Origin: Perna viridis
Taxonomy: Eukaryota
NCBI GenBank assembly: GCA_037379345.1
Contig: CM074523.1
Span: 9,351,507 to 9,415,506 of the forward strand
Direction: 5' to 3'
Length of the DNA stretch: 64,000 nucleotides
Shown: positions 61,783 through 64,000 of the stretch, one piece after another
How positions within the stretch are numbered: the stretch's first letter is position 1
Layout of the letters: every line of letters begins with the position of its first letter
Program-made: the position numbers and the translations under genes
The notes under the pieces: model-generated
What the model saw: the letters and a program-made list of their open reading frames with translations, nothing else
What the model was told of the DNA's origin: nothing
Database searches by the model: none

Positions 61783-62910
61783 CTGGAAACAGGACAAACA
61801 CAACAGTCTTAATGAAATCAGATTTTTCTGGGGATCACGTGATGTTGGTCTATTAGTAGCTTTCTCTTTGTGAGATTTAGACAGAAATGAGGAAATGAAA
61901 TGAGAGCCTGGACTCCACACCCCCCCAAAAAAAAATAAAAAAAAAAATCTAACTTTAAAATTTAATTAAGTGGATTTATAAATCTGCCCTTCGAGTGTTG
62001 ATTCAATCTATGTTCCAGTCATACCAAAGATTTCAAATGAGCAGACATGCTGCGGTGCTCTAGAATTAGAAATTGTCTACCTCGCTTCCACAGAAAATTT
62101 GGCTCATTCCTAATCAGAAATCAACCTGCAGAAACAAATTTAACTTATATGTACCTGGACTAAGTTTTACTTGTCATGGGGTTATGGAAAATGGAAAGCC
62201 TACAGCCCTGAGGTAGACTGGTGGATTTGTGAACAGCTTCTCAACTACTCCTGAAGTTAATAAAACTCTTCTATCAATTAATAGCAATGTAAACAAATTA
62301 AAATAAGACAAGTGTTTAGGTTAGCCAGGAATAGTTTGTTTACAGATACAAGAGAGATTTGATTTCAAGTAAAACTAATTTCAAGCAAAAAACTATGAGT
62401 GATAGCTCACTAGCGATTCCCCTGCTTCCAATCACAAAATAAGGAAAAGAAAGTCCTCGTTAAGCAGGAAATTATAGTCAAATTTGTCCTAATATTGATC
62501 CCACCATATGGAATACCTATATGATATATGTGTCCAAATTTCAAGCCGCTGTGAGGAGGAGTTATTGAGAAAACTGTGCTCCTTCGGGGCAATGGTATAA
62601 CTCTTGCAAACATACATTCTGTATGCATGTAATGAGTATATATACTTCTTATTGCTTATTCAACCTGCAGAAAGAAGAGTTATTTAAACTCCAACAAATT
62701 TCACCACTTGTCTATTTTTTTAGAAGAAAATTAACTGAAACAAGATAATGTTGAACTTTTAAAATTAGATATAACCATATGTATAAAGCATTTTTAATTT
62801 CAGAAGATTTGCCTTCAAACTGTGTGATCCTGTTCTTTGTAGAACCTTTATAAATAATAGAAGCAGTAGTGTGTTTTTATCTTCAAAAATGTATGTTTCC
62901 CTCCCCTGTC

Positions 62911-63177
62911 CAGACCTGGCGAAATTATTTTTCAAACTGTCGGACACTTCGTCCGTCAGCCTAACAAAATCTGCTGGACCGAACAATTATTTGCTGGACC
63001 GAAAAAAATCCAATTTAAATTTGCCTCGATTCGAATGCCATCTTTAAATCGGAAGTTACGGTTGAGGCGTGTCTAATTAAGAAAAACGTGCTGGACATCT
63101 GGTGCGGAAATCACACCAATTTTACCTGACCAGTTGCTAAAAGTAACAGTCATGTCCGACGAATTTCGCAATGACTG
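62911..63177. mobile_element. CpG-rich (probably young) MITE with CAG...CTG ends, hAT-like
   Basis: CAGACCTGGCGAAATT...AATTTCGCAATGACTG imperfect TIR; repeated (g/c)ggac motifs; TSD not clean. Confidence 0.55.
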
Positions 63178-63836
63178 CCCGCCCCAGGTTAAAAGGGTAT
63201 AACTCCTAAAATATTCAGTGGATCATAAATTTAAAAAAGTCAGGGGTTTCATTATTATTTAGCAATGCAGGTACCTTTGGTTTTGTGGGAGGTACTTTTC
63301 ATCATTTTGTTTAATAAAACTGTATGAAATTTTTAAATTCTGGAGGTAACCTTTCAGTAGTTTAGATGGGTAAAAGTTAACCTGGTACAGCCTCTTAATG
63401 AAAGGCCTAAGAAGTATGCACAACTCCATATTTAAGAAATAATTCATGGATGTTGCTTGGTGTTAAATAATCAACTATAGATGCCGTACCCATGTTAAAA
63501 TGAGTACAAATCTACCCCGGAAGGAATTATATCTTTTCTAATATGACAAATATGGTAATTTTTGTGACAAAAATTTCCCTAGGCATAGCCAAAATAACAG
63601 CTGTTCCATTTAACCTCCCCCGTATGGAAGTTGGATTAAATTTGTACATTTATGTCATGTTAAATGTGTGTATTTATATAATTGATTTCAATTAGATAAC
63701 CTCTCGGCCGTTAAATCATTGCGTAAATGTTTTTAAATGAATGTTTTGTCTCGAAGCGACAGGAAAAGAAAAGAGACAGTGAGCAGGTGCTAAAGGCGGG
63801 ATTGAACCGACATATACTGTTTGCCAATATGAAGAC

Positions 63837-63984
63837 ATTTCTTAACTCTCAACAAAGTTTCATGAAATTTGGTACAGTAGTATCAGAGGAATTGTGCTAA
63901 CAAAAGAGTAATGGACAGACAGACAGATTGAAAGACAGGGAAAAACCAATATGTGTCCTGACTAATGTTGGGGGAATACAAGTC
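63837..63984 (+). mobile_element. Second near-identical pearl/CvA-like 3' end
   Basis: Direct repeat of 61306-61457. Confidence 0.65.
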
Positions 63985-64000
63985 CACAATTTGTTTGGAA

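Noticed and set aside
63795-63812. B-box-like GGTTCAATCCCGCC (minus strand) as a tRNA gene
   Set aside because: No cloverleaf or A-box; it appears to be part of a repeat fragment.

Overview
AT-rich, CpG-depleted animal genomic DNA. The repeat families suggest a bivalve mollusc (inference). The whole window lies inside one large minus-strand gene, the N-terminal half of a supervillin (SVIL)-like gene. Eight exons can be joined by hand with canonical AG/GT sites and consistent phases into one open frame of 8391 nt (about 2797 codons): 59149-54014, 51770-51310, 23214-23135, 19905-19774, 19134-17555, 13855-13670, 8758-8552, 7650-7042. The protein carries the supervillin motifs ERIAKYKEERKKQLA and RT(Q/L)PVT. 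The true 5' end (>64000) and the gelsolin/headpiece exons (<1) fall outside the window. The most striking unexplained structure is in the 28-kb intron: four short ATG-initiated frames, each ending at a good splice donor in the phase (1) required by the next constant exon. They look like an array of alternative first exons that replace a ~1900-aa N-terminus with different 12-26-aa leaders, one of them Trp-rich and membrane-anchor-like. There is also a 5136-nt frame-symmetric giant exon, a candidate 9-nt microexon and a tandem hammerhead-like motif. The introns hold many Penelope-like fragments, SINEs, MITEs, pearl/Helentron-like elements and minisatellites. All exon calls come from sequence only and need RNA evidence.
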